From: an uncultured delta proteobacterium
GTDB taxonomy: Bacteria; Desulfobacterota; Syntrophia; Syntrophales; UBA2185
Direction: 5' to 3'
DNA: 64,000 nt
Assembly: GCA_963729715.1 (NCBI GenBank)
Contig: CAVSPA010000016.1
Location: 1-64,000, forward strand
Under the pieces are notes generated by a model. It was not told the DNA's origin, searched no databases, and saw nothing but the letters and a program-made list of their open reading frames with translations. Numbering within the stretch: position 1 is the first letter of the stretch; each line of letters starts with the position of its first letter. Below, piece by piece: positions 1 to 9,601 of the stretch. The translations under genes were made by a program, and so were the position numbers.

Positions 1-259
1 CCGTTTTACTCTGAAGACAGCCATACTCAGTCCCGATCATGCCCGATAATTTTGAAGCCCGCTGACATTGGGGATTCGGCGGTCACGATCCAATTTTGCG
101 GAGTATAATTAACTGACCTTGAGATGTCGATTAATCTCACAGGAACGTCCATGTTATCCTGCGAAAATCGATCTTGTCATGGATTTTAATTTCTGATAGC
201 CGCCTCCATCCCGTATATCATTTGTTCAATTTCTCTTTTTGCGAGGGCATCGGCATCCA

Positions 260-1248
260 ATGAAAGAAAGTCAATCAATGAAGTGGGCCAAAGAGGTTCT
301 GAAGAGAGAAGCAGCGAGCATTTTGGATCTTGTCGACAAAGTGGGCGCCAGCTTTGATAAAGCAGTAAAAATTATTTACAGATCAAAAGGCCGGGTTATC
401 GTTACCGGTATAGGCAAATCCGGATTGATCGGCAAGAAGATTGTTGCCACCCTTACGAGCACAGGCACACCTGCCCTCTTCCTCCATCCCGTAGAAGGCA
501 TGCATGGAGATCTCGGCATTGTCACTAAGGATGATGTCATGCTGGCAATTTCAAACAGTGGTGAAACCGATGAACTCAATATGATCATCGGCAGCATCAG
601 AAAGATCGGCGCGCACCTCATTTCCTTTACCGGCAACCTCTCCTCAACGCTTGCAAGGGCAAGTCATGTCGTCATCGATGTCGGTGTGGAAAGAGAGGCC
701 TGCCCATTCGGCTTGGCCCCGACTTCAAGCACCACGGCGTGTTTAGCTATGGGAGACGCTCTGGCGGCTGTCCTGATTGAGAAAAGAAAATTTAACGAGA
801 AGGATTTTCACAGATTTCATCCTGCCGGAAATCTCGGACAGCGCCTGAGGGCCAAGGTAAGAGATGTCATGATAACAGGCGCACAGATCTCCAAAGTTCG
901 TTCCGGTGCATCAGCCGTTAAGGCAATTGAAGAAATGGACAGAGGCAACCTGGGATTCGTTCTCATCACGGGCAGGGAGAATTCTTTGCAGGGAATTTTG
1001 ACGGACGGTGATTTGCGACGTCTGGTACGGCGGGGACGGATTTTAGAGACAAAACTATCGATGATGTAATGACTTCATCACCAAAAACGATCGAGGAAAA
1101 CGCATCTCTTGCCCGCACCATAGAATATATGCAAAAGGAGGAGATAACTACCCTTGCTGTTGTGAACGGGAAGAACCGACTCAAAGGATATATACATCTT
1201 CACGACATCCTCGGCAGGGGGGGAACTCTGAAAATTTCCGTCGCTTGA
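260..1248 (+). pseudogene. kdsD: KpsF/GutQ/KdsD-family arabinose-5-phosphate isomerase (SIS + 2 CBS), frameshifted at ~1031-1035
   Basis: SIS motifs TGIGKSG, HGDLG, ISNSGET, APTSSTT. The ORF ends at 1069, but the second CBS domain (DDVMTSSPKTI...GYIHLHDIL) continues in another frame to TGA at 1246-1248. One missing G in CGGGG restores the frame, so this could be a sequencing error. Confidence 0.85.
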
Positions 1249-1364
1249 CGAAGGTACCTTCAAGCAAGGCATACAGTCATGTGAAGAACTGCCGCGTCTG
1301 GATGTTTAGGATGACTCTTGAATTCTAAATGATCAAGGGCGATGAAGGATAACTTATAGCAGGC

Positions 1365-1775
1365 TCACATCAGATCATAATCGCGGGCTTTCCATCTTCC
1401 GAGTTTCTCGAATGCGTCCTTGGCCGCCTTTAGGAGCAATTTGACGGGTACGGGCTTGACAAAAAAATCGTCAAACCCGGCAGCGCGGCATTCGAGGAGG
1501 CCATAAAAAGTGCTGTATCCCGTAAAGGCATAGACGATGGAGATCTTATCCTTCTCCCGGATCTTCCAGCAGAGGTCTATACCGTTCATTCCCGGCAGTC
1601 TGAGGTCTAAGAACATAACCATGATCGTCTCTGTTTTAAGAATCTTAAGCGCCTCTTCCGCATTTTTGGCTGCTCGCACCTTGTAGCCTGCCATACTGAG
1701 AGTATCCTTCAGCATGGCGAGAATTGACGCTTCATCATCTACAATGAGAATCTTCTTATCGCCTGCAACGGCCAT
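1365..1775 (-). CDS. Single-domain response regulator (CheY-like receiver)
   Basis: ILIVDDE, FLDLRLPGMNG, FTGY, FVKP receiver motifs. Confidence 0.9.
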   Translation of the reverse strand: MAVAGDKKILIVDDEASILAMLKDTLSMAGYKVRAAKNAEEALKILKTETIMVMFLDLRLPGMNGIDLCWKIREKDKISIVYAFTGYSTFYGLLECRAAGFDDFFVKPVPVKLLLKAAKDAFEKLGRWKARDYDLM

Positions 1776-2038
1776 GACGACACCTCTTAAACTTTCAGCA
1801 TGGAGCTTTGAAAATATCTGTCGGAATTACAAAGCGAAACAAGAAAGGCGCCCCGGGCGGCAAAGCCCGGCATACGACATGACTTTACAGGCAGCCCGGA
1901 TACAGTATTTACATAAATTGCAAGAAGCATGAATCCAAACTGCCTCTTCCGGAGCCGGAAAACGCAATTCTTATGGAACTGGTCAGATTTTATTTATGAA
2001 TAAAGATTAACCGAGCATGGTTAACCGTTTGATATCAT

Positions 2039-2113
2039 TGGTAGGCGGTACTGGATTTGAACCAGTGACTTCTACCGTGTGAAGGTAGCACTCTCCCCCT
2101 GAGTTAACCGCCC
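2039..2113 (-). tRNA. tRNA-Val (anticodon CAC)
   Basis: Reverse complement GGGCGGT...CTACC-TTCACAC-GGTAG...GGTTCAAATCC...ACCGCCT-A-CCA forms a canonical cloverleaf with encoded CCA. Confidence 0.95.
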
Positions 2114-2124
2114 TTTAGGTGCTT

Positions 2125-2153
2125 TCTATATCCTAAAGAAAGATCATTATCAA
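2125..2153 (-). promoter_or_regulatory. Putative sigma70 promoter of tRNA-Val
   Basis: TTGATA-17 nt-TATAGA on the minus strand, just upstream of the tRNA. Confidence 0.5.
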
Positions 2154-2288
2154 GAGAAAAAGCCACAAGAAAATGCGTGATTTCACCTCATCCGGACGTT
2201 TCAGATTTTATTTCTCTCGCCATTCGTTTTTGGTTATAATAGCGTGAGCAGTGGCGTATAACATTTAGCGAATAAGCGGTGCTGATTT

Positions 2289-3296
2289 ATGGCAATGAAG
2301 AAAAAATTGATTCGCTATACCGTATGGTTCGTGATTTTTCTCGCGGTATACCTTACCTACTCCTTGTTGAAAGTAAGGTCTGGCTCCTCTGTCTCAGTCA
2401 AGAGGCCTGACACGACTCTTATCGGCGATACCCGTAAGCTGCACAGGCATGTAAAATATTTGACCGTCGATATCGGTTCAAGAAGCGCACGGGAATATGA
2501 CAAAATAGAAGAGACAAAAGAGTATATCGTCGACTGCCTCAAGGCCTTCGGCTATGTACCCAGCCTTCATACGTTCACCTACAATGGGAAAAAATACAGC
2601 AACATCATCGCTTCAAGGAAGGGAGTAAAACTTCCCGGTGAAACCGTAATTATCGGCGCTCATTATGACACCGTGCGCGGAACACCCGGCGCTGATGACA
2701 ACGCCAGCGCCGTTGCCATTCTTCTCGAGATCGCCAGGGCATTGAAGGACCTTTCACCTGACAGGACGTTGAAGTTGATTTTTTTCGTAATTGAAGAACC
2801 TCCTATATTTAAATCCGAACAAATGGGAAGTTATATCTACGCAAGGGAGGCTAAAGCGAGGAATGAAAACATAACGTCTATGATTTGCCTTGAGATGCTC
2901 GGATATTATACCAATGAAAAGGACGGCCAGACGTACCCGTTTCCCATGACGAGCCTGTTTTATCCATCCACCCCGAATTTCATAGCCATAGTCGGCAATC
3001 TAAAGTCGGCAAGCCTCGTTGGGAAGGTCAAGGATTCCCTGAGGGCAAGCTCGCCCATCCCCGTCGAAACCTTGTCTGCGCTCAGTTCTGTTCCCGGCGT
3101 AGATTTTTCCGACCACCAATCCTTCTGGAAAATGGGGTATCCTGCCATCATGGTAACAGATACCGCCTTTTTCAGAAATCCGAATTACCACACGGAAACA
3201 GACACCATTGACACGCTGGACTTTGATAAGATGTCTGATCTGTTAAAAGGCCTGATACAGGCGGCCAAAGACCTTACGGCTTCTTCACTGCCGTAA
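2289..3296 (+). CDS. M28-family metallopeptidase with N-terminal membrane anchor
   Basis: GAHYDT, GADDNASA, EEPP, LEMLG, SDH, YHTETDT motifs. Confidence 0.9.
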   Translation: MAMKKKLIRYTVWFVIFLAVYLTYSLLKVRSGSSVSVKRPDTTLIGDTRKLHRHVKYLTVDIGSRSAREYDKIEETKEYIVDCLKAFGYVPSLHTFTYNGKKYSNIIASRKGVKLPGETVIIGAHYDTVRGTPGADDNASAVAILLEIARALKDLSPDRTLKLIFFVIEEPPIFKSEQMGSYIYAREAKARNENITSMICLEMLGYYTNEKDGQTYPFPMTSLFYPSTPNFIAIVGNLKSASLVGKVKDSLRASSPIPVETLSALSSVPGVDFSDHQSFWKMGYPAIMVTDTAFFRNPNYHTETDTIDTLDFDKMSDLLKGLIQAAKDLTASSLP

Positions 3297-3301
3297 TACA
3301 A

Positions 3302-3348
3302 AAAATCCCCCCGTCACTCCTTTTTGGAAAAGGCTCAGGGGGGATTTT
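3302..3348. terminator. Probable bidirectional intrinsic terminator between the M28 peptidase and groEL
   Basis: Inverted repeat AAAATCCCCCC...GGGGGGATTTT between convergent genes. Confidence 0.65.
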
Positions 3349-3352
3349 GTTT

Positions 3353-4990
3353 TTAGTAGTCATAATCTCCCATGTCGGGTGGCATTCCTCCCGGCATAGG
3401 CGGCGCCGTCTTCTTCTTGGGTTTCTCAGCAATCATGGCTTCTGTCGTCAAAAGCAGCGAAGCCACGGAAGCGGCGTTCTGAAGGGCAAAACGGGATACC
3501 TTCGTGGGATCGATAATCCCTGCCTTTGTCATATTCGCATACTTGCCCGTATCCGCATCGAATCCAAAATCATCCTTGCCCGCCTTAATCTTCTCCGCGA
3601 CAACGGAACCTTCATACCCCGCATTTATGGCAATCTGCCTCGTTGGTTCTTCGATGGCCCGTTTAACGATATCCATCCCATACTTTTCATCGTCAGCGAC
3701 CTTGGCCTTTGCCAGGGCAGGCAAACTCCGCAGATATGCAACTCCACCGCCCGGTACGATGCCTTCCTCAACAGCGGCGCGTGTTGCATTCAATGCATCC
3801 TCTACGCGCGCCTTTTTTTCCTTCATCTCAAATTCCGTTGCTGCGCCGACCTTGATAACCGCAACACCGCCGACCAATTTCGCCAGGCGTTCCTGCAATT
3901 TTTCCTTGTCGTAGGTCGACGTGGTTTCCTCAATCTGAGTACGGATCTGCTTCACCCTTCCTTCGATGTCGGATTTCTTCCCACCTCCGTCGATGATGGT
4001 CGTGTTATCCTTGTCTATGTGCAGGCGTTTGCATGTTCCCATGTCTTTTAAGGTAATACTTTCCAACTTGATGCCGAGGTCCTCTGAAATGACCTTCCCC
4101 CCTGTCAAAATAGCTACGTCCTCGAGCATGGCTTTTCTCCTGTCGCCAAAACCGGGGGCTTTCACCGCCACACATTTCAGGGTGCCGCGGATCTTGTTGA
4201 CGACGAGCGTTGCCAGGGCCTCGCCTTCCACATCCTCCGCGATTATTACGAGAGGCTTACCCGTTTTGGCAATCTGCTCCAATATGGGCAGCATATCCTT
4301 CATGTTGCTTATCTTTTTCTCGTTAAGAAGAATATATGGACTCTCCATGTTTACTTCCATCTTTTCCGGGTCCGTTACAAAATAGGGCGAGATGTAACCG
4401 CGGTCAAATTGCATCCCTTCAACGACTTCCAAGGCCGTCTCAATTGATTTCGCTTCCTCAACTGTAATGACGCCTTCCTTGCCCACCTTTTCCATTGACT
4501 CGGAAATGATCTCACCAATGGTCGCATCGTTATTGGCGGAGATTGTGCCGACCTGGGTAATCTCTTTCTTGTCCTTTATCGGCTTGGACATCTTCTTCAA
4601 TTCGTTGACAACAATCTGCACCGCTTTATCGATACCCCTTTTGAGTGCCATGGGATTCATTCCGGCGGCTACGAGTTTCGATCCTTCACGGTATATAGCT
4701 TCTGCCAGAATAGTGGCAGTCGTGGTGCCGTCTCCGGCCACATCAGAGGTCTTGGAGGCCACTTCCTTCACCATCTGCGCCCCCATGTTTTCAAATTTAT
4801 CCTCCAGCTCTATTTCCTTTGCCACAGTTACTCCGTCCTTGGTAATCGTCGGGGCGCCCCAGGATTTTGCGATAACAACATTCCGTCCCTTCGGCCCAAG
4901 CGTCACTTTTACAGCGCCGGCCAGAGTTTCTACGCCTTTCATAATCCTTTCACGGGCGACCGCGTCATATTTGATTTCTTTCGCTGCCAT
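3353..4990 (-). CDS. groEL: Chaperonin GroEL
   Basis: [32 protein letters not shown]; 545 aa. Confidence 0.99.
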   Translation of the reverse strand: MAAKEIKYDAVARERIMKGVETLAGAVKVTLGPKGRNVVIAKSWGAPTITKDGVTVAKEIELEDKFENMGAQMVKEVASKTSDVAGDGTTTATILAEAIYREGSKLVAAGMNPMALKRGIDKAVQIVVNELKKMSKPIKDKKEITQVGTISANNDATIGEIISESMEKVGKEGVITVEEAKSIETALEVVEGMQFDRGYISPYFVTDPEKMEVNMESPYILLNEKKISNMKDMLPILEQIAKTGKPLVIIAEDVEGEALATLVVNKIRGTLKCVAVKAPGFGDRRKAMLEDVAILTGGKVISEDLGIKLESITLKDMGTCKRLHIDKDNTTIIDGGGKKSDIEGRVKQIRTQIEETTSTYDKEKLQERLAKLVGGVAVIKVGAATEFEMKEKKARVEDALNATRAAVEEGIVPGGGVAYLRSLPALAKAKVADDEKYGMDIVKRAIEEPTRQIAINAGYEGSVVAEKIKAGKDDFGFDADTGKYANMTKAGIIDPTKVSRFALQNAASVASLLLTTEAMIAEKPKKKTAPPMPGGMPPDMGDYDY

Positions 4991-5008
4991 ACTTATATCC
5001 TCCTTTCA

Positions 5009-5296
5009 TCAGCCAATAATGCAAAATACATCATCTTCTTTCATAATGACCTGCTCAACGCCGTCTATCTTGATCTCTGTTCCGGCAAACTTGCCAAATA
5101 AAATCCGGTCTCCCGCCTTCAATTCCGTAGCAATGCGATTGCCGTCACGGTCCCGCCTGCCGGGGCCCACAGCGATTACCTTTCCTTCCTGCGGCTTTTC
5201 TTTTGCCGCATCGGGAATGATAATGCCGCCTGACGTCTTTTCCTCGGCTTTCACATGGGAAACCAGCACGTAATCATTTAATGGTTTGAATTTCAT
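5009..5296 (-). CDS. groES: Co-chaperonin GroES
   Basis: [28 protein letters not shown]; directly upstream of groEL. Confidence 0.98.
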   Translation of the reverse strand: MKFKPLNDYVLVSHVKAEEKTSGGIIIPDAAKEKPQEGKVIAVGPGRRDRDGNRIATELKAGDRILFGKFAGTEIKIDGVEQVIMKEDDVFCIIG

Positions 5297-5336
5297 GATT
5301 TCTTGACCTCCTCGCTGATAATGATAAGTTTCCTAA

Positions 5337-5364
5337 TTAATAGTCACTAAATTGAAATTGTCAA
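5337..5364 (-). promoter_or_regulatory. Putative sigma70 promoter of groESL
   Basis: TTGACA-16 nt-TATTAA on the minus strand; no CIRCE element visible. Confidence 0.45.
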
Positions 5365-5397
5365 GGCATCGACAGGACATTATGATTATTTTTCTTG

Positions 5398-6564
5398 TTA
5401 TTTCACCTCCGGATAAATTAGCAGCCGATCACCTGGTTTCACCTGCTTCTTAGGGCCCAGATGGTTCCAGATGAGCAAGGCCGGGAGCGGCACGCCGAAA
5501 TCGGCGCTTATCGAAGAAAGATTTTCCCCCTTCTTGACAACATAGACATGATCTTTGCGCTCTCCCTGCCATTTCTTCACGACGTCTTCATACCTCGCCT
5601 GAAATCCGGAAGCGGCACCCTTCGGAACCAGCATGTCATATTTCCCTTTGGATAAATAATGCCCCTTGATTTCAGGGTTCATATCCTTAATCACCTTGAA
5701 GTATGTCTTCGCAGCCTGAGCAACCAGATAAATAGGCGTTTCCTGATCACATACAAGTTCAACGCGGTCAAACTGCAGGGGCGGATAAATATCTTCCTTT
5801 GACAGCTTGAATCCATATCTGTCGGGATTGGACAGTATCTCCTTTGCAGAAATCGCCCGCAGGATATATTGCTGCGTCTCCATGGGGAGATACAGATAAT
5901 AATAATTGTTCGTATTCTGAAGGAGCATCTCCGTTTTCAGACCCTCTTCACCCATATTATAGGCGGCAGCCGCAAGCGTCCACGAACCGAATTTCTCGTG
6001 AAGTTTTTTCAGATAATTGATGGCGGCCTTAGTCGAAGAAAAAAAATTTCTCCGCTCATCGACGTCTGAGTCAATCTTGAGGCCATACTTTTTACCCGTC
6101 CCCTCCATAAACTGCCAGCTGCCCTTCGCTCCCTTTGAGGAACTCATATGGAACGTGAGTGAACTTTCTATGACAGCCACATATTTAAGGTCCATGGGCA
6201 TATTATTCTGTTTCAGCATTTCTTCGATATAGGGCATGTAGCGTCCCGAGCGTTTCATCCAGAGAATAACCTGGGGACGATTCCAGAGACTAACCAGAAA
6301 TTCCTTTTCCAGTCGCTCCCGGACTTCCGGATTATCAAGCGGCACAGGCTCTCCGCAGAAATCCAAGGGGCCCGTCATCTTAAATAGCGCAATCATCGAC
6401 GATGAAGAAGGCGGATCGATCATATGGGGCAGATCGCACCAGGCAGGTGTCACTGTGAGAAACGTCATGCACAAAGCCAAAAGAAAAATCCTTGAGCTTC
6501 TTCTAAAAAAGTTTGCATCTTCAAAATCTTCCGACATGTTCATCTCCTTGTCGTTTCTTCGCAT
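5398..6564 (-). CDS. MltD-like lytic transglycosylase (SLT + C-terminal LysM); true start probably slightly downstream
   Basis: AVIESS catalytic Glu, GSWQFM, AAYNMGE, and LysM YVVKKGENLSSI...PGDRLLI. Confidence 0.9.
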   Translation of the reverse strand: MRRNDKEMNMSEDFEDANFFRRSSRIFLLALCMTFLTVTPAWCDLPHMIDPPSSSSMIALFKMTGPLDFCGEPVPLDNPEVRERLEKEFLVSLWNRPQVILWMKRSGRYMPYIEEMLKQNNMPMDLKYVAVIESSLTFHMSSSKGAKGSWQFMEGTGKKYGLKIDSDVDERRNFFSSTKAAINYLKKLHEKFGSWTLAAAAYNMGEEGLKTEMLLQNTNNYYYLYLPMETQQYILRAISAKEILSNPDRYGFKLSKEDIYPPLQFDRVELVCDQETPIYLVAQAAKTYFKVIKDMNPEIKGHYLSKGKYDMLVPKGAASGFQARYEDVVKKWQGERKDHVYVVKKGENLSSISADFGVPLPALLIWNHLGPKKQVKPGDRLLIYPEVK

Positions 6565-6796
6565 TAATAATCAGCGTATATTACATATGCACCCCCAGTC
6601 AAGAAAAGTTCGTTTGCATATCCGATGAACGTGGTCAGCATCTCCTGCCATAAAGGGGTTTACAAACAGATTTGATTCCTTTAATATAATAAAAGACAAA
6701 TCGTAGACATCTTTTGCACCCCTAAGTGTGTGATGCCTTAGTGTCACATCGTCTCAGACGATTTGCGGAATACTAATATCCCAGCAGTTAAGAAAT

Positions 6797-7618
6797 ATGG
6801 CCGTTAAACCGAAAGACGCCGCAACGGTAATCATCCTCCGTCAATCACTGAGGGACCCGGGAGCATTTGATGTCCTCATGGTCTTAAGACACATGGACAG
6901 CAAATTCGTCCCGGGCTCGTATGTGTTCCCCGGAGGCTGTCTCGATCAGGAAGATTATTCACCAGACATGGAAAGCCTCTGCGCAGGCATGGACGCGAAG
7001 AAGGCGCAGGCCATCTTTCACGACATGTCGTCGTCAGAGAAGGCCTTGGGTGCATGGGTGGCAGGCATCAGGGAGACGTTTGAAGAAGTCGGCCTGCTCA
7101 TGGCCTATCATAGGGATAAAAAATTGATGTCCTTCGATTCGGACGATGTCCGGAGCCGCTTCCGCTCTTATCGCGAGAAATTGCAGACGGGAGAAATCAC
7201 TCTAAGAACCATACTCCTCACGGAAGGACTGACGCTCGCCACAGATCGTCTTCACTATTTTTCCCACTGGATCACACCAGAATTCCTGCCGCACCGGTAT
7301 GATGTCAGGTTCTTTGTTGCCGAGGCGCCGGCAAACCAGGAGGCCCTTCACGACGGCATTGAATTAACGAGACACGTCTGGCTTACCCCGAACAAGATTC
7401 TCGAAGGCTTCCGCAGGAGAGAATTTGATATGGTGGTTCCTACGCTGGTGACAATCGAGGAGCTCTCCCGCTACAAGACGATACAGGAAGTTATCGCCTC
7501 CGCGAGGAAAAAGAAAGTCAATTCCATTCTCACCGTCATGATCGAGGAAAACGGCGAGATTGTCGAGTACTCGCCGGACGGGCGCGTATTCAAAAATATG
7601 CCACCTTCCGTAGTGTAG
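6797..7618 (+). CDS. NUDIX hydrolase (NUDT19-like, possibly acting on acyl-CoA/CoA)
   Basis: AATVI, YVFPGG, IRETFEEVG, HWITP, RYDVRFF. Confidence 0.85.
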   Translation: MAVKPKDAATVIILRQSLRDPGAFDVLMVLRHMDSKFVPGSYVFPGGCLDQEDYSPDMESLCAGMDAKKAQAIFHDMSSSEKALGAWVAGIRETFEEVGLLMAYHRDKKLMSFDSDDVRSRFRSYREKLQTGEITLRTILLTEGLTLATDRLHYFSHWITPEFLPHRYDVRFFVAEAPANQEALHDGIELTRHVWLTPNKILEGFRRREFDMVVPTLVTIEELSRYKTIQEVIASARKKKVNSILTVMIEENGEIVEYSPDGRVFKNMPPSVV

Positions 7619-7682
7619 AAGCTCAGGGAGTTGTTAAGAAGGAGCGCGGGGTGACATCATGGATGTCACCTCTTCCTGATTT

Positions 7683-7988
7683 ATGGGGAATAATTTGGAG
7701 AAAGAAATTAAAACGATTTGCATAATGGTGGAGATGTTCTGCAAGCATCACCATCATAGATGCGAACTTTGCGAAGGGTGCAAGAAGTTATCCGCTTATG
7801 CCCAGGACAGGATAAGAAAATGCACGTTCGGAGTCAATAAACCTGTTTGCGCTGAATGCACAGTTCACTGCTTCAAGCCGGGCATGCGATCTCAAATAAG
7901 AGATGTGATGCGATTTGCGAGGCCGAGGATGACTTTCAAACATCCAGTGCTTGCGGCACATCATCTATTCCGCAAATACCGCACGTAG
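7683..7988 (+). CDS. YgbA-family (nitrous oxide-stimulated promoter) Cys-rich protein
   Basis: EIKTI..M...C..HH, CxxC, C..G..KP.C..C.VHC, MR.A.PRM..KHP pattern. Confidence 0.85.
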   Translation: MGNNLEKEIKTICIMVEMFCKHHHHRCELCEGCKKLSAYAQDRIRKCTFGVNKPVCAECTVHCFKPGMRSQIRDVMRFARPRMTFKHPVLAAHHLFRKYRT

Positions 7989-8215
7989 GGTGTGACACAC
8001 CGGTCTAAGGCACAAATTTTCTCTTGCCGCCTCGCAGAGGACTAAGATTGACAGTTGACTGAGAATACAGGACGTATCCACCAGGAAGAACCAAGTACTT
8101 TTGGGAGGTGTAGTTAGAGTGTTACGCAATACACAAGTGATTGAGTCATCAATCTGGCAAAATGAGCTTCATATGTTGCGGAAATTAAAACCTTAATCGA
8201 TACGCTCTATCAAAC

Positions 8216-9181
8216 ATGCAACTTCCATTTCGTGTAAATGATCTCTTGCTTCTCATCGTAGTCCTTTCCTCCATGGCGGCAGGGATCATTTTCCCCCACT
8301 TAAGTTCTCTTTTCCAATCCCTGCCTATTTATTGTCTGATGGTCCTTTTTGCTCTCAGTTACCTTTCCATGGAACTGGATGCTGTGTGGAGGATGCTGAA
8401 AGACCATAGCAAGACGATCTTGACTTTTACCGTTCTGAAAAGCCTGATTCTGCCTGTGGTCGTATTTTATATATTTAAGGTTTTTGCCCCGACCTATGCC
8501 CTGTCCTCATTGCTTTTGATAGGTGTTTCCACGGGGGTTGTGGCCCCTTTCATATCTAACCTGATAAAAGGCAATAGCCCTCTTGTCTTGGTGGTCGTCG
8601 TGATCACATCGGTCTTTGTGCCCATCACTTTACCGGCTCTCATCCATATTGTTGCAGCGAAGCATGCGGAGCTGTCGCTAATCGCCATGGTCCGCATGCT
8701 TATGCTGGTAATCTTCGTCCCCATTTTAGTCGTTGAAGGCCTGAGACGCCTTACCCCGGGACTGTTGAAGCATTTGATGAGACGGCAGTTTCCCATTTCT
8801 CTTGTGCTTTTTGCCATAATAAATCTGGGGATTTTTTGCCGGTATTCACCTCTTTTTAAAAAAGAGCCCATCATCATTATCATGGCATTTGCAGTAGCCG
8901 TGGTGCTGTCGGCGATCTGCTGCACCGTCGGGATTCTCTTCTTTTGGAAAAGTTCTGTGGAGAATCAACTGGCCGGTGCAGTCATGTTAGGCAACATGAA
9001 TAATGTTTTGGTGATTGTTTTTTCCTCTGAGTTTTTCGGCCCTATCGAACCCATAGTGGCTGCCATGTATATCATCCCCTTCTTTGGTCTTGTTATGCCC
9101 CTCAGATATTATTCCCATTGGCGCACCAGAGCAGCTGATGGAATCATGAGAAATCAAGACAAGGAGCCATTTAGTAGATGA
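8216..9181 (+). CDS. Bile acid:sodium symporter (SBF/Acr3-like) membrane protein
   Basis: About 9-10 hydrophobic segments, with GVSTGVVAP...KGN and NMNN motifs. Confidence 0.7.
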   Translation: MQLPFRVNDLLLLIVVLSSMAAGIIFPHLSSLFQSLPIYCLMVLFALSYLSMELDAVWRMLKDHSKTILTFTVLKSLILPVVVFYIFKVFAPTYALSSLLLIGVSTGVVAPFISNLIKGNSPLVLVVVVITSVFVPITLPALIHIVAAKHAELSLIAMVRMLMLVIFVPILVVEGLRRLTPGLLKHLMRRQFPISLVLFAIINLGIFCRYSPLFKKEPIIIIMAFAVAVVLSAICCTVGILFFWKSSVENQLAGAVMLGNMNNVLVIVFSSEFFGPIEPIVAAMYIIPFFGLVMPLRYYSHWRTRAADGIMRNQDKEPFSR

Positions 9182-9220
9182 CCAGGTGAAACAAAATAGA
9201 AGCAGAGGGTCGCATAATCA

Positions 9221-9481
9221 GGGTCGGACCAAGTTAAGTATTCTAAATATCGTAAATTATGTTTCATAAGAACGTATTTTCAAACCTTAGAGCATTGTTT
9301 TGTGTATCAAAATGGGTTGCAGTAAGGAAATGATGTCACGCGAAGTTCATAGGCGCTGTTGGACATAGGTTCAACTTTTAGAAGTACATTTTCAGGGTCA
9401 AATCTGACTGTTTAAAGCCAATAGCAGATTACTTATTGATGCGACTCTTCATGATACCAAATGCTTAACTTGATCAGACCC
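9221..9481. mobile_element. Putative MITE / non-autonomous element (261 bp)
   Basis: Terminal inverted repeats GGGTCGGACCAAGTTAAGTATT and (reverse complement) GGGTCTGATCAAGTTAAGCATT match at 19/22; AT-rich non-coding interior. Confidence 0.5.
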
Positions 9482-9495
9482 CATTGGAAACCCTC

Positions 9496-9599
9496 GACCT
9501 GTCTATAGTTTCTGGAGCAACTATATCTACGCCTGTCGAGGCACCGAGTTCTTTGAATTTCCGCGCCGTAACCCACACGCGCTGTTCGAGAGAGCCGAC
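9496..9599 (-). repeat. Diverged duplicate of the rmuC 3' coding region (copy of 13209..13312)
   Basis: Ungapped 104-bp alignment with 14 mismatches by manual count; encodes [35 protein letters not shown]. Confidence 0.92.
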
Positions 9600-9601
9600 T
9601 T

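Noticed and set aside
1..180. Start of a minus-strand gene running off the window edge
   Set aside because: Only a few codons (e.g. MAVFRVKR) are visible, too little to call.
1714..1932. 72-aa + strand ORF
   Set aside because: Overlaps the response regulator in antisense and has no recognisable features.
1776..2113. tRNA-Val as the attachment site of an island
   Set aside because: No integrase and no duplicated tRNA 3' end found in the window.
3347..5273. Long + strand ORFs opposite groEL, and similar antisense ORFs opposite the fad genes, asnB and polX
   Set aside because: Shadow ORFs of conserved genes, with no RBS or recognisable motifs.
7648..7673. Inverted repeat GGTGACATC-ATG-GATGTCACC upstream of the YgbA-like gene as a CRP/FNR site
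   Set aside because: Half-site spacing does not fit TGTGA-N6-TCACA; it may be a terminator-like hairpin and cannot be assigned.
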